A stretch of DNA of 51,902 bases, the filler included, from Sphacelaria rigidula (taxonomy: Eukaryota): assembly GCA_964200075.2 (NCBI GenBank). It is 4 parts of 4 records of this genome, joined end to end, with 100 filler letters (N's around TTAATTAATTAA, not from the genome) between each part and the next. Parts side by side here need not be neighbours in the genome. Positions count along the whole stretch, not along the records: positions 1 to 12,902 come from CAXNAA020003320.1; 3 more parts are not named here. The stretch is one strand, 5' to 3'. Below the pieces are notes generated by a model. The model was not told where the DNA came from and searched no databases. It saw only the letters and a program-made list of their open reading frames with translations. Positions 1-13,002 of the stretch are shown one piece after another. The translations under genes were made by a program, and so were the position numbers. Within the stretch, counting starts at the first letter, position 1. Every line of letters begins with the position of its first letter.

Positions 1-1154
1 CCTACGTCTGTGACCACGGGTTCGCGAGATCGGACTAATGTGCGGAAATAATATTAATACTAACAACAATGATAAGCGCTTTTCTACGATGGTGATAAAT
101 TCGGCACGATAAACGTTTCGAAATGCGGTATAAGACAAGATGGATGATACAGAACTAACGGGTGAGGTGCGCGTAGAATAGGTTCACGTGCTTGCAAGTG
201 AATCCTGTCGTTGATTAATCCAGCTGAATAAAGACAAATCGACTGCTACAACACCTCTTCGCGTACGGCGAACCAAAGAGCCAGATGCCCTGCAAAAGCG
301 GCTTGTCGCACAACAGTCAGCAGATTGTCGGAGGGAGATGGCAGAACAGGATACCCCGTATCTTTATCTCAACGACCGTTTTGCACAGACCAAGAGGGGC
401 AAACCTCCGTGTATGCGTTGGCTACGGGGACCTTATTTAGCGTCGACCCTTGGAGTGCGAAGTATTCCTTCCTAGTGTACTTGTGTAAGTGTGATATTTT
501 CGTCGCTCGGTCGCGATGCACGAATGCTCTTGTAGCAAAAATTCGCAACGGCTCAGCAGTCGAGGGGTTTACCGTACGCAGAGCTAAAGCACACTCATTT
601 ACGAAATGCCTATTGAAAAAAGTGATGGGCAGATAGCCTACCAGGGCTACATATCCAGCGCTTGCTTTTTTGCCATGGGAATCTATTCAAAAAAGGATCC
701 ATAAAACCTAGTATTCAGGCAGGTTATAATGCCATAGAGTATATAGTCTGGTGATGCTTGCATCCGTATTTCCAAAAGTACCACACGCGCCTCCAACGCT
801 CATTGCTCTAGGCCACACCAGTAGACAGAGCGAGACCCGCTCTATTCCCTCTAGTGTCCACCCACACATGGAGCGCGCGGCAACGTTGAAGTACAGTGCA
901 GTGCGCCTCTGCCCTGTACGTGCTTGCTCTGCACCTCAAACTTCACACACCACGGGTTGGGGGTGAACTGAGTGCAGAATCGAGGTAGTTGATTACCGGC
1001 GGCCTACATTTTGCTTGATGGATTGTTGGGTTGGTTGGCTGATTGCTGTAGTGAACGTAGTCATCTCATAGCCGTCTGCTACGAATCTAGCCGTGATGAA
1101 GACTAACACATTCAGGATCAATCAACACAATTTCTTGCGAAAGCGAACTCGAAG

Positions 1155-1735
1155 GGGGGGGCGGAGGCCGGGGGGGGGGCGTACTCATTTGTTGCTTGCC
1201 TTAGTCGTTTGACCATTGACCAACCATCCCTTTCGAGACGAAGCACCGCTCCTATCCCAAATAGAGACACCTCCAACATTCCGGCGCTCATTACGTTTCT
1301 TCTATACATCGCACAAAAACCTTTTACATATCTTATCCCCTTCCTGTTTCGCCGTCTCTGGCCACCATCTATCTCCTAGTATAGCCATCGTTTTTTCCCC
1401 TCTACTGTCTAATGCATCGAACGATCCCATGCCACCTTCGTTCACGTCCCACCTTTCCCGCTCTAGCACGTCCCGTTTCTCCTTGTTTAGTTCATATTCT
1501 GCCCCTAGATGACTTCTGATCTCTACTGCTTTGCCACAGGGGCAATTCTGTGTATCTTCCTCCTTTTCTTGACTACGGTTATATCTCTTCTTTCTGGCAG
1601 GTCTAGGTCCCCCACCCGAAATCGCAGTCTCAAATTTTTCGCAGCGTCCATTGGGCCACGCAGATATGTCTTCATCCCTATCCTCTCTCTCAACTCCCCC
1701 CGTATATCTTAAGGTGTTCTTCTGAGCGTTTCTTT
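1155..1735 (-). mobile_element. 3' end of a decayed non-LTR retrotransposon (LINE ORF2 C-terminus with CCHC-like zinc knuckle), lying upstream of the first visible exon, probably in an intron of the desaturase-like gene
   Basis: Minus strand reads with frameshifts/stop: LKIYG..LRERIGMKTYLRGPMDAAKNLRLRFRVGDLDLPERR..EKEEDTQNCPCGKAVEIRSHLGAE..ILGDRWWPETAKQEGDKICKRFLCDV*KKRNERRNVGGVSIWDRSGASSRKGWLVNGQTTKASNK*. It is followed by GTAC and a C-rich tail. The same 3' end recurs at 13102-13150 and 27176-27241. Confidence 0.7.
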
Positions 1736-2745
1736 CCCCCTTTTTTTTATCATCTCTCTGAGGGGTGTGGGGGAGGGGGTAAATAAGGCAGGAGACAACG
1801 AAGAGAGTAGACGTGAGAATAATAACAGCACCGAGACTGGAATACATGTGAACAAGAAAATATGAAGCCGAGCTGATCTCTAGCGCTGGTCCGGAGAAAA
1901 AGGCCCCTGTCAAGGTCGTACTGATTATGTTGAGGAAAGTAGGCCGTGCAGGAAGCAACAACGTAAAAACTGGTCGCGGTTCAGCTATCTGGAGGCCGCA
2001 GGTTTTTGGGCAGGAACTTGTAAGTCTTGTAGGGCTCAGGGAGGAAGACACAAACCTAAAGTAATACAGCTAAAACAAATGAAGACCAACAGACAGAGAG
2101 GAAAGAAGAACGCTCGGCCAGAGGATATCAACAATCTGGGTCTCGGAAATGTGTTTTACATTGTACGAGTGTATCGACCAATCGACTTCTGCACTTGAAC
2201 CTTACTTGTTTGCTGTACTGCAGTAGTGCAGCATTCGTGCAGTAGCTTTGTATTGTCAAGCTGTGGTACCCGTACCGAGGCGTCGAGGCATCAGTGTCGT
2301 CTCTTTTCTTATCGTAGTAATCTTCAATATTTATCTGCAGTACGACTATATGCAGATTTGGCCAGAGCAGGCCGTACATTCGCCCCACCCCGTCTTCGGA
2401 GCGACAGACCAGACATGTTGGGCGAGAGAGCACTGTGACAATAATGGGTTACAGCGTAAGACAGAGCACCCAGGATTGAGAGGCGACACAACAATGAAGC
2501 AACAGCTGCGCAAAAAGAAATGCGCATCATTTCCCAACTATTGTGAACTGTACCGTAAGATCCATCCCAATATTGCGTAGATGTGGTACCCTCACACGGC
2601 GCAGCTACGCTGAGGATCATCCAGCACACACGTAAATTCGGTGAATATGTTGCCGCTTGTTTTGTTTTTGGGTGTGAAGATATCCACGCACTACTTACGT
2701 CCCCAAAAATCCCTCTCTCGCGTGTTTGACTGACACCACGAGTAG

Positions 2746-2994
2746 GCGAGTGACGGACATAAGTGTTTGCCCGGACACAGGAGCCGTAACATCGGTGCAA
2801 TGTGGGGAAGGTGAGACTTACGATGCTGATGCGGTTGTCTGCGCCGTGGGAATCAACGGAGCGAAGGGCATTGTGAGAGCGGCACCGGCCCTGTCGAAGT
2901 ACCCCTTCTTCGCCAACATGATGAATTTACGCTCGGTGGATGCTTTGGCTGTGAGGCTGTACCTGGACAGGAGGGTCAGGATACCTTATCAAAG
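2746..2994 (+). CDS. Internal exon of FAD-dependent oxidoreductase, flavin amine oxidase / phytoene-zeta-carotene desaturase-like family (5' exons not found in this contig)
   Basis: tag| acceptor 2743-2745 and AG|gtattg donor. Encodes RVTDISVCPDTGAVTSVQCGEGETYDADAVVCAVGINGAKGIV...NLRSVDALAVRLYLDRRVRIPYQ. The 'G.TY.ADAVV.AV' and 'AVRLYLDR' motifs are typical of the family. Confidence 0.85.
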
Positions 2995-3926
2995 GTATTG
3001 GGTTCATCCTCTTGGGTACTCCGTGTCCGTCCACGCGAATAACTTACCGTGGAGAGTGTCTATCCAATCACAGGTACACGGCAGTAGTGCTATGATTATT
3101 GTACCCTTTAAAGCGTCATAATTCAGACCGACCTCGTGAGTGGTTTAGAGCCCTTGTTTCTGATGAACGATGTTTTTTTTCGGGCGGTCGGTTAGGTTCT
3201 TGGCAAAAATCTATATTTTCGTTGTAAGGAAAGGCTGCCTGCCGTATAGGCTACCGAATCGTAATAGAGGTGTTTTCTCTTTCATAAAGTTCTCCAGAAC
3301 GCGGTACAGCATTGCCTCATTATTATCAACACCCCGTTCCACCTTTGTTGTCAGTCAGACCAGAGCTCTTTCTCCTCCAAGGTTTTCAGGATCGCCTCTT
3401 TTTCCTTTCTCGCTTGAGACATACACCCGCCACCGAAGCATGGAGTTCTGCTTCACTCTGTCCTTTTTTTTTTCGCCTAGATCCTTCCAGACTTTGCAGG
3501 CTTCAATGTTCTTCCGACGCGCGAGGCGTTCGTTCGTTCGTTCGTTCGTTTCCCTTGGTTTACGCTGCGTCGTGACGTGATTTACTTCCATTTATCTGCT
3601 GTACTTTCGTTGCCGTCATCGCGTGATGTGCTATCAACCAAACACGTTACAGCAAACATGCGAACACGCACGCACACACACATCGGGCACCGGTTGTTCG
3701 CGTTGTTCTTCTGGCCGTTAGGTGCACACTACGTTTTTCGGCCTCATTTTGATCCCGCTAGACTACTCGTATCTTTTGTTTCCACTTCAGAGCCCCTGAG
3801 CACAGAAGTCCTCCGATAATTCAACTAACTCCTCTTCTCCCCCTCCCATTCACACTGCCTGTCTCTCCCGTCTCTTCCCGCTGTCCAAAACGACCGACGA
3901 CTATCATTTGGGATATTGCCGTATAG

Positions 3927-4086
3927 CAACGCATGCTTTGGGTTCGACAAGACGACGGGCTGGACGTTTTTCGACCTGACCACCATGCACGATGCGCTCA
4001 ACTCCAGCGAGGGCACCGTACTAGAGGCAGACTTTTACCACGCTGATCAGCTTCTGCCTCAATCTGACGAGGAGTTAGTGGCCAAG
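3927..4086 (+). CDS. Exon of the FAD-dependent desaturase-like gene
   Basis: tag| acceptor and AAG|gtaagc donor. Phase-2 join (AG+C=Ser) gives SNACFGFDKTTGWTFFDLTTMHDALNSSEGTVLEADFYHADQLLPQSDEELVAK. Confidence 0.88.
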
Positions 4087-4516
4087 GTAAGCCGCATGAA
4101 TGTCTTGTTTTTTTCGGTCATACGAGGGTTTGCACATAGACCGGCGTTTTTCGTCGTTTAGCACAGAAGCGTATACGAAACGGGTTCGGTGATGAATGGG
4201 TAAATTTCTGTTTAGTTCGTTGTCTTGCGAATCGGTAGGCGATCGTTTTTTGTCCGATTTTGATTCCTGCAGCTCGTTGGTGGTTGGGTCGCCCGATTCT
4301 GTCCGTTGCGCCAACAGCTTTTGGGTTCTGCTCTCGTGGCTATGCGATGCTCATTGTTCAACCTACGCGCTATTTTGGAGAGTGGCACACACGAAGCGGT
4401 ACAAGGTACTCTCATGCCCGTGTTGCACTACATAGTATCAAGGCGTATCAAGCTATTGGGGCAGTCCACAGTCACTGAGGGTGCGATGAGTACCATATGC
4501 CTGCTCATCTGGATAA

Positions 4517-4790
4517 ACTGATTGATTGATTGGTTGGTTGATTGATTGTCGCACTTGAACTGACCACCCATGCGTCCAGCCGTGGTCGCATAATAGACGT
4601 ACGCAAGAAAAGCAGAGAGCAGAAAAAAGTCGAACAGATCGATATGGTACACTGAGACGTAAAAATGAAGAAAAAAAAAGAAGAGAAAGAACGGAAAAAA
4701 AAAATGGACAAAAGCGAAGCACAGAAAGAGATGGCTGACCTGAAAGAAGAGAAAAAAAAGGAGCAATAAAAATAAAATGGAATAAAATCA
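4517..4790 (-). repeat. Interspersed repeat, probably a retroelement 3' end with a (CAAT)n-like tail
   Basis: gattgattgtcgcacttgaac.gaccacccatg.gtc.agccgtggtcgcat.atagac.tac.caagaaaagca is shared with 12595-12850. It has a (GATT)n end and an A-rich body. Confidence 0.65.
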
Positions 4791-5189
4791 TTCAAAAAAG
4801 GGAAAATCCTAAGGGATTCAGGTCAGCAAAGTAGACACAGGCACACACTAGTGGGCACTGCAGAGCCACAGACTAAGGACACAGTCAATAACTGATATGA
4901 GCAGAGAGGATACTTCGGTCTGGAGATGTTTGTTATTTTTGGGTTTCGCAATGGCCACCTTGTTGCTGCAATATTGCATCTGTATACGTCGAAGTAGGAC
5001 GCTACTCGCTTAGCCAGCGTCACTGCTCACTTCGTCGTCCGATATATTATCCACAGCACTGGCAGCAAGCTCTCTCGTATCCATGTCTCGCTCATACATA
5101 CCACTTCACTCGTGTAACAAAACAACACGACGGGGTGTTTTCCGCTTCCCCCCCCCCCCACCCCCCCGCCCTCTACGCCCCGAAATCAG

Positions 5190-5237
5190 GTTCAACGCGA
5201 TATCACCACCTGCGTACCAGCGGTGGGGCGTGCAAAG
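5190..5237 (+). CDS. 48-nt exon of the FAD-dependent desaturase-like gene
   Basis: C-rich tract, cag| acceptor and AAG|gtcagt donor, phase 0/0. Encodes VQRDITTCVPAVGRAK, bridging ...DEELVAK and VLDYSVVR... Confidence 0.8.
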
Positions 5238-5458
5238 GTCAGTGACACCGAGCTTTGGCTGGCGTGCACTTTGCGGGTGTTGTACATGGGCATGCGGTGA
5301 CTGTAAGTCCCACCGGTGCGTGATGCTTAAAACACGTGGTGACAGACGACCAAACAAGCACCATCCACTTGTCCGTGCGTGCTCTACTTTCCCCTTGGTT
5401 ATTTCTCCAACTGCTCCGTGCGGATGGGCGATTTGTATTATATTTGATGTGTTCTCAG

Positions 5459-5609
5459 GTGCTGGATTACAGTGTTGTGAGGATAGCTCAGGGAGTCACT
5501 CACTTCAGTCCGGGTTCGTACGATAGCATGCCAACGTGCGAGACTCCCATTCCCAACATGTTCATGAGCGGAGACTGGATCGTCAACGACCATGGCAGCT
5601 TCTCGCAAG
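5459..5609 (+). CDS. Exon of the FAD-dependent desaturase-like gene
   Basis: cag| acceptor and G|gtcagt donor. Encodes VLDYSVVRIAQGVTHFSPGSYDSMPTCETPIPNMFMSGDWIVNDHGSFSQ, containing the 'TPI.N.F..GDW' C-terminal FAD-binding motif. Confidence 0.9.
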
Positions 5610-6634
5610 GTCAGTACAGCACCTAATGTTCATGACGATAAGTCTAGAATTGCAATTAATATTGGGTTTTGTCCAGTGCGGCTCTTGCTCTTTCTTGCGA
5701 TATTCACCACGGCTGCTGTGGAAGCAGGAGGGTGCATGCAGTTTTCGACGGGTCTGCTCTCAACGCGAGGTTCATGCCATGAAATTATTTGAATCGTTCC
5801 TCTTGGATTCATCCATCAAATTAACCTGTTTTTACCATGTAAGAGTTAGGATTTTTTCCTGGTTTACAGTGCGTACATCGCGTGCATATTCTTCACATAA
5901 TATCTTCAATGAATAGGATGCTCCAACTGTAGGCCTTGCGTTCGCATATATCTCATTCACAGCGAAGACCGCGCACTACTCTGTTGAGTCCTTGTGAACT
6001 CGAGAAACGCCATCTGTATGTAAGGATGCTGCCTGTGCCATAGTAAACACAGACTCGGTGGGGCTTGAAGAAGTCGGGCAAAACCTCCTCCGTTGGTATT
6101 TAAACAATTGCATTCGGTGAGTGACAACCCGTCTCTCCAATCAATTTGTGGGTGAAAGCAAAACAAATGACTTTCTCCGGCAATAATACCGGTTCAAACA
6201 CACGCACAGATTTACCATTTTCTTCAGCCACACCAGGGTATGTATGATTGATGCTGTAGTTCGGGTATGATACCACGAACAAAGTCGCGTACCCGTCAGT
6301 AAGAACGCCACGCTAATTTCAAGGAACCAACCACTTTGCTGTATCACGGCGAGAGACTGTTCCGCCAAAACTATGATTCGGGGCAAATCTTCTTACACGT
6401 ACGGAATACGTCACGTGTTTTGGTTGAATCACCCATGAATTGAAATTGAAATTGATGCGCAACTTGCACGTTCACGTGCCCAAGAATTCGTGTTTGCATT
6501 GCTGTCCTATACATGCACATCAAGTACCCTACTTGTCCCAGTGAGCCCCCTTCATTCTACCCGTACGCGTAACCTTGCCCCCCCCTTCTCCTACCGGCTT
6601 CCGTTCCCCCCAACTTTTGTTTTTGTACTAGCAG

Positions 6635-6819
6635 AGAAGGCGTTCGTAACGGGGCTGGAAGCGGCCAACGCGGTAGTGAAACAATTACGAACAGGAACAC
6701 CGACCAACATCATCCCGCTAGAGCCAGACGAACCCCACATCAAGGCACTAAGAGACGCTAACCGACGTGCCAAACGCGTAGTGTCGCGGTTGCCAGGCGC
6801 AGGAAGACTGCTTCCATGA
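6635..6819 (+). CDS. Terminal coding exon of the FAD-dependent desaturase-like gene
   Basis: Pyrimidine tract and cag| acceptor. Phase-1 join (G+AG=Glu) gives EKAFVTGLEAANAVVKQLRTGTPTNIIPLEPDEPHIKALR...LLP*, with the 'E.A..TG..AAN' motif. Confidence 0.88.
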
Positions 6820-8901
6820 GGCCTTGCCGTTCATCGCGCACGGAGCACAACCATTCTTCATGTCAAGAACGATCCCATCGGAAGATACGACCCTGCATGC
6901 TCTCTCGACATACCCACCGGACAATCGACGCGTGGATCTATCTACACGGGATATCTCAGTGTGTCGGTCGAAGCATCGGTCTCCGTTGCGCTGTAGGGTT
7001 CGGTAACATGCGCGTGGTTGAAAAATGTGTCGAGCACATGGATGGGGGTGCTATGCTTCGTCACCGATGGTAGATTTCGAGTCATCTTGTTCCATGGGTA
7101 CGCAACTGACGGGGTGTCTATACGGGTAGTGTTCACTTCGCGTACGTTTTTATTTTCCCGGGAGTTCCCCCATGTCGCAAGCGCGGGTGTGAGCGATTAG
7201 ACTGTTGAGATTGGAAGTACGTACGTTCACACTTTATTATTGCTCCCGTTCACTCGGGTTCTCGTTTTGTGGGAGCACTCGACAGTGACTTCGACGTCTG
7301 CTGTTGACATTCGTCAGAAACCGTATAATAGTTAGAAGATGGGTTGCTGTACGGGGTGGTCCCTAACTATCACACATGGTCTGGAGGTCTCCAAAAATTG
7401 ATATCTAATCGAGGGTGAACATTGAAGTATCCGGTGTTAATCGATCCATGGGTCAAGTATTCCGGCAGCAAATAAATGGCCCATCGACCGGAAAAAAGAA
7501 TGCTTCATCTACCCGCTGACCTCACAGGCGGTGTCTGGCGCGAAGAGTTGAGAGGCTAAACGGCCAGGGAATGCGCAGTGAGGCTTTTCCAGCACGCAGT
7601 TCTTATTCCAGGTCGGAAGAAATTTGTTTCTCGTGTTCAACAGAAATGACCACGTCGTTTCCTCGATCCATCGATAATGTGACCCTAACGGTCTGACTAC
7701 ACCAAGTGCAAATGATAGGAAGCCGGTATCCGTATGCACACGTCATCAAGACACGATGGTATGCAGCGAACACATGAACCACATACAACAACAGCGGAAT
7801 AATCTCGCTACGGGCTTTTGACACAAAACAGATCTTGTTCTACGTGTAGATTTCGAGACGGTACGTGGTGTGTGGGGGACGGGACGGTACGCATGTTGCC
7901 GTGCAATAATGGTACACACCGACACCGCCCGTCCGCATAAGCTAGTGGTGGCAGCAATACCTGCGTTCTGTGCAACTTCACGTACAGTACTTTGCACAGG
8001 GCAGCCCTTGGCTGCCGATGTACACCCGTTGCACGGGTGGTCATCAACCGTTCACGCCGAACACTACTGTAGTTCGCTCGAACGAGGCTTTCAATCGTGA
8101 GATTCAATCGCATCGAGTTTGCTCCTCTTCAACAAGCATCCCAGATGACAAATGACGGTCGTAGTGAACGGTGGCATCAAGAATTATATGCGCTGAGAAT
8201 ATTTTTACTGGACATATTCTCTGGACAACAGGTTACAGGGTCAAAATTGTACTGCGTAAAGTATCGACTGTCGGAAGCTGACCAAAAAACAAGCGCTAGA
8301 TTTTTCGAGTAATACGTAGCCGGTTCTGAGTTGTTCTATTGCTCGACCTGGTTGACAAATGAATGCCGTCACATTTTGCGGCGAGGAAGATTTTTCTCCC
8401 GCAAAAGTCGGGAACCTCCGCAGAACAAAACAGCCCCGTTAATAACGACTCTCACTATTTGCGTCCTCCCTTATCGGGGTGGGTTACACAACGCGAATCA
8501 ATACGCCACTTCTTCGCTGCTAAAATCGTGTCAACAAGTTTACGGTAAGGTACGGTATATATATACAGTGTGAGGAGCCAGTCTGTGCAACTGATTGTTG
8601 GACTGCTTCTCCGTACTGTGGTGATGCAAGCTAATGAAACCGTTGAACATTGACAACTTCTCCCCCATCGTTCCGTACACTTTTGCACTCGTTCACGATA
8701 TGTGCGCTCTGAAACGATCGTCTTCAGAAAGCCACGAAAAATGCGCTCGTCTCCCCCCTCCCCCCCCCTCCCTTTTCTCCCCACACTCACACTCCGAAAA
8801 GCGCGGCACTAGAGCGCGTAGCTACTCCCGACTACTAACAAGACACCTATATACATAGTGCAGAAACAGCGTTGGTTCCGGATTACAACACGCTGAGGCG
8901 A

Positions 8902-9157
8902 TATGAAATGTAAACGTGCGGTAAACTGATACCCATTCATTGCAGTGTGGCACTATCAAAACGTTTTTTGGTGACACGAAAAGCTCGGCCACCGAGTATA
9001 GGGCGTGAAGTTGTGTCCAAGACAATACATTATGAAATGTAAACGTGCGGTAAACTAATACCCATTCATTGCAGTGTGGCACTATCAAAACGTTTTTTGG
9101 TGTCACGAAAAGCTCGGCCACCGAATATAGGGCGTGAAGTTGTGTCCAAGACAATAC
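8902..9157. repeat. Recent 129-bp tandem duplication
   Basis: Two near-identical units starting tatgaaatgtaaacgtgcgg at 8902 and 9031, with about 3 substitutions. Confidence 0.95.
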
Positions 9158-12100
9158 CAAAGATCCTGGCAGCAAGGTACTGCAGACACTGCTAGTCATG
9201 ACAACATCTACGGCCTTTCCTATGTCTTACATCCCGAGCGCCTCTAACTCGAATGCACAGCACCTCCACAACCCCCCAGAGCTTTCTTGACTCCTTCACA
9301 ACGGGGGGTATCCGTGTGTGGAATCGGCATAAATTTCATCCCTTCTTCGAGTGAAAATGGTGCTGATTTCACGACTGGACACCCCCGGCAGTCAAAAGGT
9401 TCAAGTGGATGTGAAGATGCGGGAAAGGCGTGGATAGGTTTCACGTTTTCACGTGGCATATCAGTGTACATCGATGACACAGGAGGACACAGAAATAAAA
9501 GACTACTTTCTCCAACTCTGCGTGCCGCATGACCCCCACGCAAACTTGGGGGAAAATATTACGATACAACAGATGGACGACCGCTGTCCCTGATGAAAAC
9601 AATCCAGGGGTGAGGGCTGGGGTGCAGAGCGCATGGCTAGATCTGCATCGGCTGTGGAGCTAAACCTACTCACACAGGATAATACATGACGGTACACTAG
9701 GAAATAAGAGAGCAGCGACATACCAGTAGAGCAAAATAATAGCGACGCACACCTCGAATAACTAAAAACACCTACAATGGAAGCCTATACACGAAAAAAA
9801 ACACTTGAGGCTAACAAAATAAACAAAATGGTGTACCTACAAAAAATTAGAGATTGTGATGCATAGTACAAAAGCCGTGGTACGCGCAGGTTGGTTTGAA
9901 ATTCTACGACTACGTGCTCAACACGTCCATGCTTGATGCTTGTGTGATATTTTTACACCTCTGATCATTTATTTACTCCTGCCGTAAGGCATTTTGAAAC
10001 ATATGGAAATTCTTCGGAGGGAAAAAGGAGGTCGTCCGGCGGTGATCGCAATCACCCTTGAGGAAACACGAAAGCTGAACCGTAACCCCCCCCCCCCCCC
10101 CCCCGTACGTACCCCCCTCCCGTCACCGGGCATGTGCGAGACCGCCGGTCGTATAGTTACAGTGAACGCAAAAAGTTTGACAATAAAAAACGAAATAAAA
10201 AGATTTTACACAACCGTATGTGTGTGGACAAGGCACAACGAAACGATCCCCATCCCAACTGCCTTGGGCGGTACCAGGTTTATCCACCGCTGATGCTAAA
10301 ACTCGGGCATTCTTGTGAAACACCTGTACGGTGTATTCTACCGTCGGACGATCGCCTGATTCCATCCCGAGTTTCGGGGTAGACAATATCCTGCACAGCT
10401 ATAATAAGGTCCCAACGATTCGTAGATGTCGATCATATATTTCCAGCAAGCACTGCTCTTGATTTGTCGCAGTTTTCGATCAATCGAGGTCGAAAACCTG
10501 GTTACCCGGGGGCGTCATACTCCGTAAAGCATGCACGGTGTTGTGTGGACTCAGATTGTAGGAGCGCTCAGCGCCTTGGAGGAGTCATCGGCTATCGCAG
10601 TTCCTGAACATTCCACACAAGAAGAGGAGGAAAGTGCGAGGGAAAACATTGACCGGGGCGATGCCAGTCAGCAACAAAATCATAAACGCGGGGATGTGAA
10701 CGACGGCAAATGATGGCGGGGAAAGTAATAGATGTGAAACGCTGAATACAGCCTCGACATATTCCAGCCACGAAGCAAGACTCATGCCCGCACTAGTGTG
10801 CGTTATATGATCCCGCCACGGAGCATCACGTCTGATGTTCGCCAATGCTGCCCAGGCCAACCGGACCTCATCCACCGCGACAGCGCGGTCGTGGGTCTCA
10901 AGATGAAGCCAAAGTAGTCCAATCAACTGACTCTCCTCTCTTACAGTACAACGGATATTTCCCAGATTTCACAGTTGGAAAGCAACTCGAGCGGTCGGTA
11001 GACACAAGAATATCAGAGTTAGGGCATTTGCTTGCTCACCCGGCGGTCGCGCGGGCACATGTGCGTCGGCTCTTCATCAGCCGGGACCTCTTTTATACTA
11101 CAGCTACAATACAGGAATGAAGATTTGCACGGTAGCTCACCTCGAGAGTTGTCCATACCCGTCGTTTTCCTCAAGAGAGGAGACTCAGGGTCCAGCCAGT
11201 GAGCAGGGATGCATGCCCATAGAGTCTTGCCGCGCATCCTACTCGGAGTTTCGGGGTTGAAGGGGCGCGCGGGAAGGAGGGGAAGGAGAGGAGAAAATTT
11301 AGCGCTGTGTTGGTGAGAGCCAATATTTTATCTCCACACGCCGAAGCCATGTTGCAGAGACCGGCAAATACAAGTCATTTCTAGTCTTTGATTCCATCCT
11401 TGTTTTGTTTCGTTCTTTCCTTTCTTCTCTCGATCTACTCCATCTGTGTTCTACCTTTCTCTTTTGTTCACACGAGTGTTCGCATTTTTTGTTCATCTCG
11501 GGTACGTCTACCAGGTAATCACAGCTGGATCATGACTCCTGGGAGATCAGCTAAGGTGCGACAATCATTCAATGCATCAATCAACGCCGGGCCTGACGTA
11601 ATTTGTATTTTGGACGACACCGGGATGTTGACCAAGTGACGAAGTAGATACAACCTTGACCCGTACTCTGCGTGTCACAGACGTTGTCGCACGGCAACGT
11701 CACCGTTCCAAGGGAGGGTGGCAGCCCGCAATCAGTGAGTCCGGAGGACACGACACTGCACGTAAGGTAGAAGAGCACCACGTTCAGGTGAAGGAATGTA
11801 GAACTCCCGTGATACAGTGAAGGTGCGCCTTTTCTCATACGCGTTGTTCCACGGCCTATTTATTAGCTGTTCACCACGTCGATCGCTGTTGGCAACGGAC
11901 ATTTTGGGGAGTTCTAGGGCACCTATACTCGCAAACTACAAGCAAGCAAAAAAAAACGTTCGCGTTGGCTTCAGTGACATAAATGGATGACAGCTGAGCA
12001 CTCGGGAGCCAAAGGGTTGTTTTGTAGCTAGGTATGTGACCTAATACCCTGCCCTTGAAGACCTCAACCTTGGGAGCTAGCATGGGAACTGTCATCACCG

Positions 12101-12594
12101 TGATATACTCTCGGCACATTTGACGTCAACTCGTAACATTCGTTTCGACATCGCGCTCTTTTCATGGGGAAGGGGCAAGGGTGTTTCATACGTACGGTGT
12201 ATACGTCATTGAAACGGGCCACATTATTGCCGGCCAACCGGACGTGGCTAAGGCGGCCGAAGCGATTGGAATGACAGCGAGGACTACTCGACTTGGCACG
12301 TTGGTTATTGGTGGAATACGCGTGTTCATTTCGAGGCATGTACGCTGATAGGTTGCTCCCTTGCTGAAGAGCGGCACAACCAATGCATCGCGCTTTTAGA
12401 AACACGCTTGCAAGAACGAGCCCCGCGTGTCGATGCACCCGGCATCAAACTTTTTTTGTCGCTCTGTGGGCTTCGACGAGAGCGTTGTTCTTGTTTGCCG
12501 CGAAACCCCACGGCACTGAGACTACATGTTCGGTCCCGCGGTCCCGCGTGTGAAGCACCGACTTGATCTATCGCAAGTGTGATACTCAGGTTCA

Positions 12595-12850
12595 ATTTGA
12601 TTGATTGATTCATAGATTGATTGTCGCACTTGAACGGACCACCCATGGGTCTAGCCGTGGTCGCATGATAGACATACCCAAGAAAAGCAAAAACTGAAAC
12701 ACTCCCTCAAGAAAGGAAGGAACAGAAGAGAAGTCGAACATAATGACAGAGTAGACCAAGACGTGAAAAAAAAAAAAGTAGCGAAACAAATCAACAAAAG
12801 TAAAGCACGGAAATATAGCCGACCTATGAAAAAAATGGAATAAAATAACT
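12595..12850 (-). repeat. Second copy of the (CAAT)n-tailed interspersed repeat
   Basis: Direct similarity to 4517-4790. Confidence 0.65.
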
Positions 12851-12902
12851 GTGTGTGTTGTGTGTGTGTGTGTGTTGTCGTCCCATTTATTCTGGGCACC
12901 AG

Positions 12903-13002
12903 NNNNNNNNNNNNNNNNNNNNNNNNNNNNNNNNNNNNNNNNNNNNTTAATTAATTAANNNNNNNNNNNNNNNNNNNNNNNNNNNNNNNNNNNNNNNNNN
13001 NN
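12903..13002. other. Artificial contig linker N44-TTAATTAATTAA-N44
   Basis: Exactly 100 bp, with a six-frame stop cassette. Identical to the other two linkers. Confidence 0.97.

Noticed and set aside
1302..2051. 249-aa ORF as a host gene
   Set aside because: Its C-terminal part is the frameshifted LINE remnant and the N-terminal part has no recognisable motif.
11480..11720. Possible second Gypsy C-terminal relic (ILDDTG...RYNL), similarly ~28300-28600
   Set aside because: Resemblance is too faint to support without an alignment.
12947..12958. TTAATTAATTAA islands within N runs as a biological motif
   Set aside because: Identical six-frame-stop linker at three evenly spaced positions; an assembly artefact.
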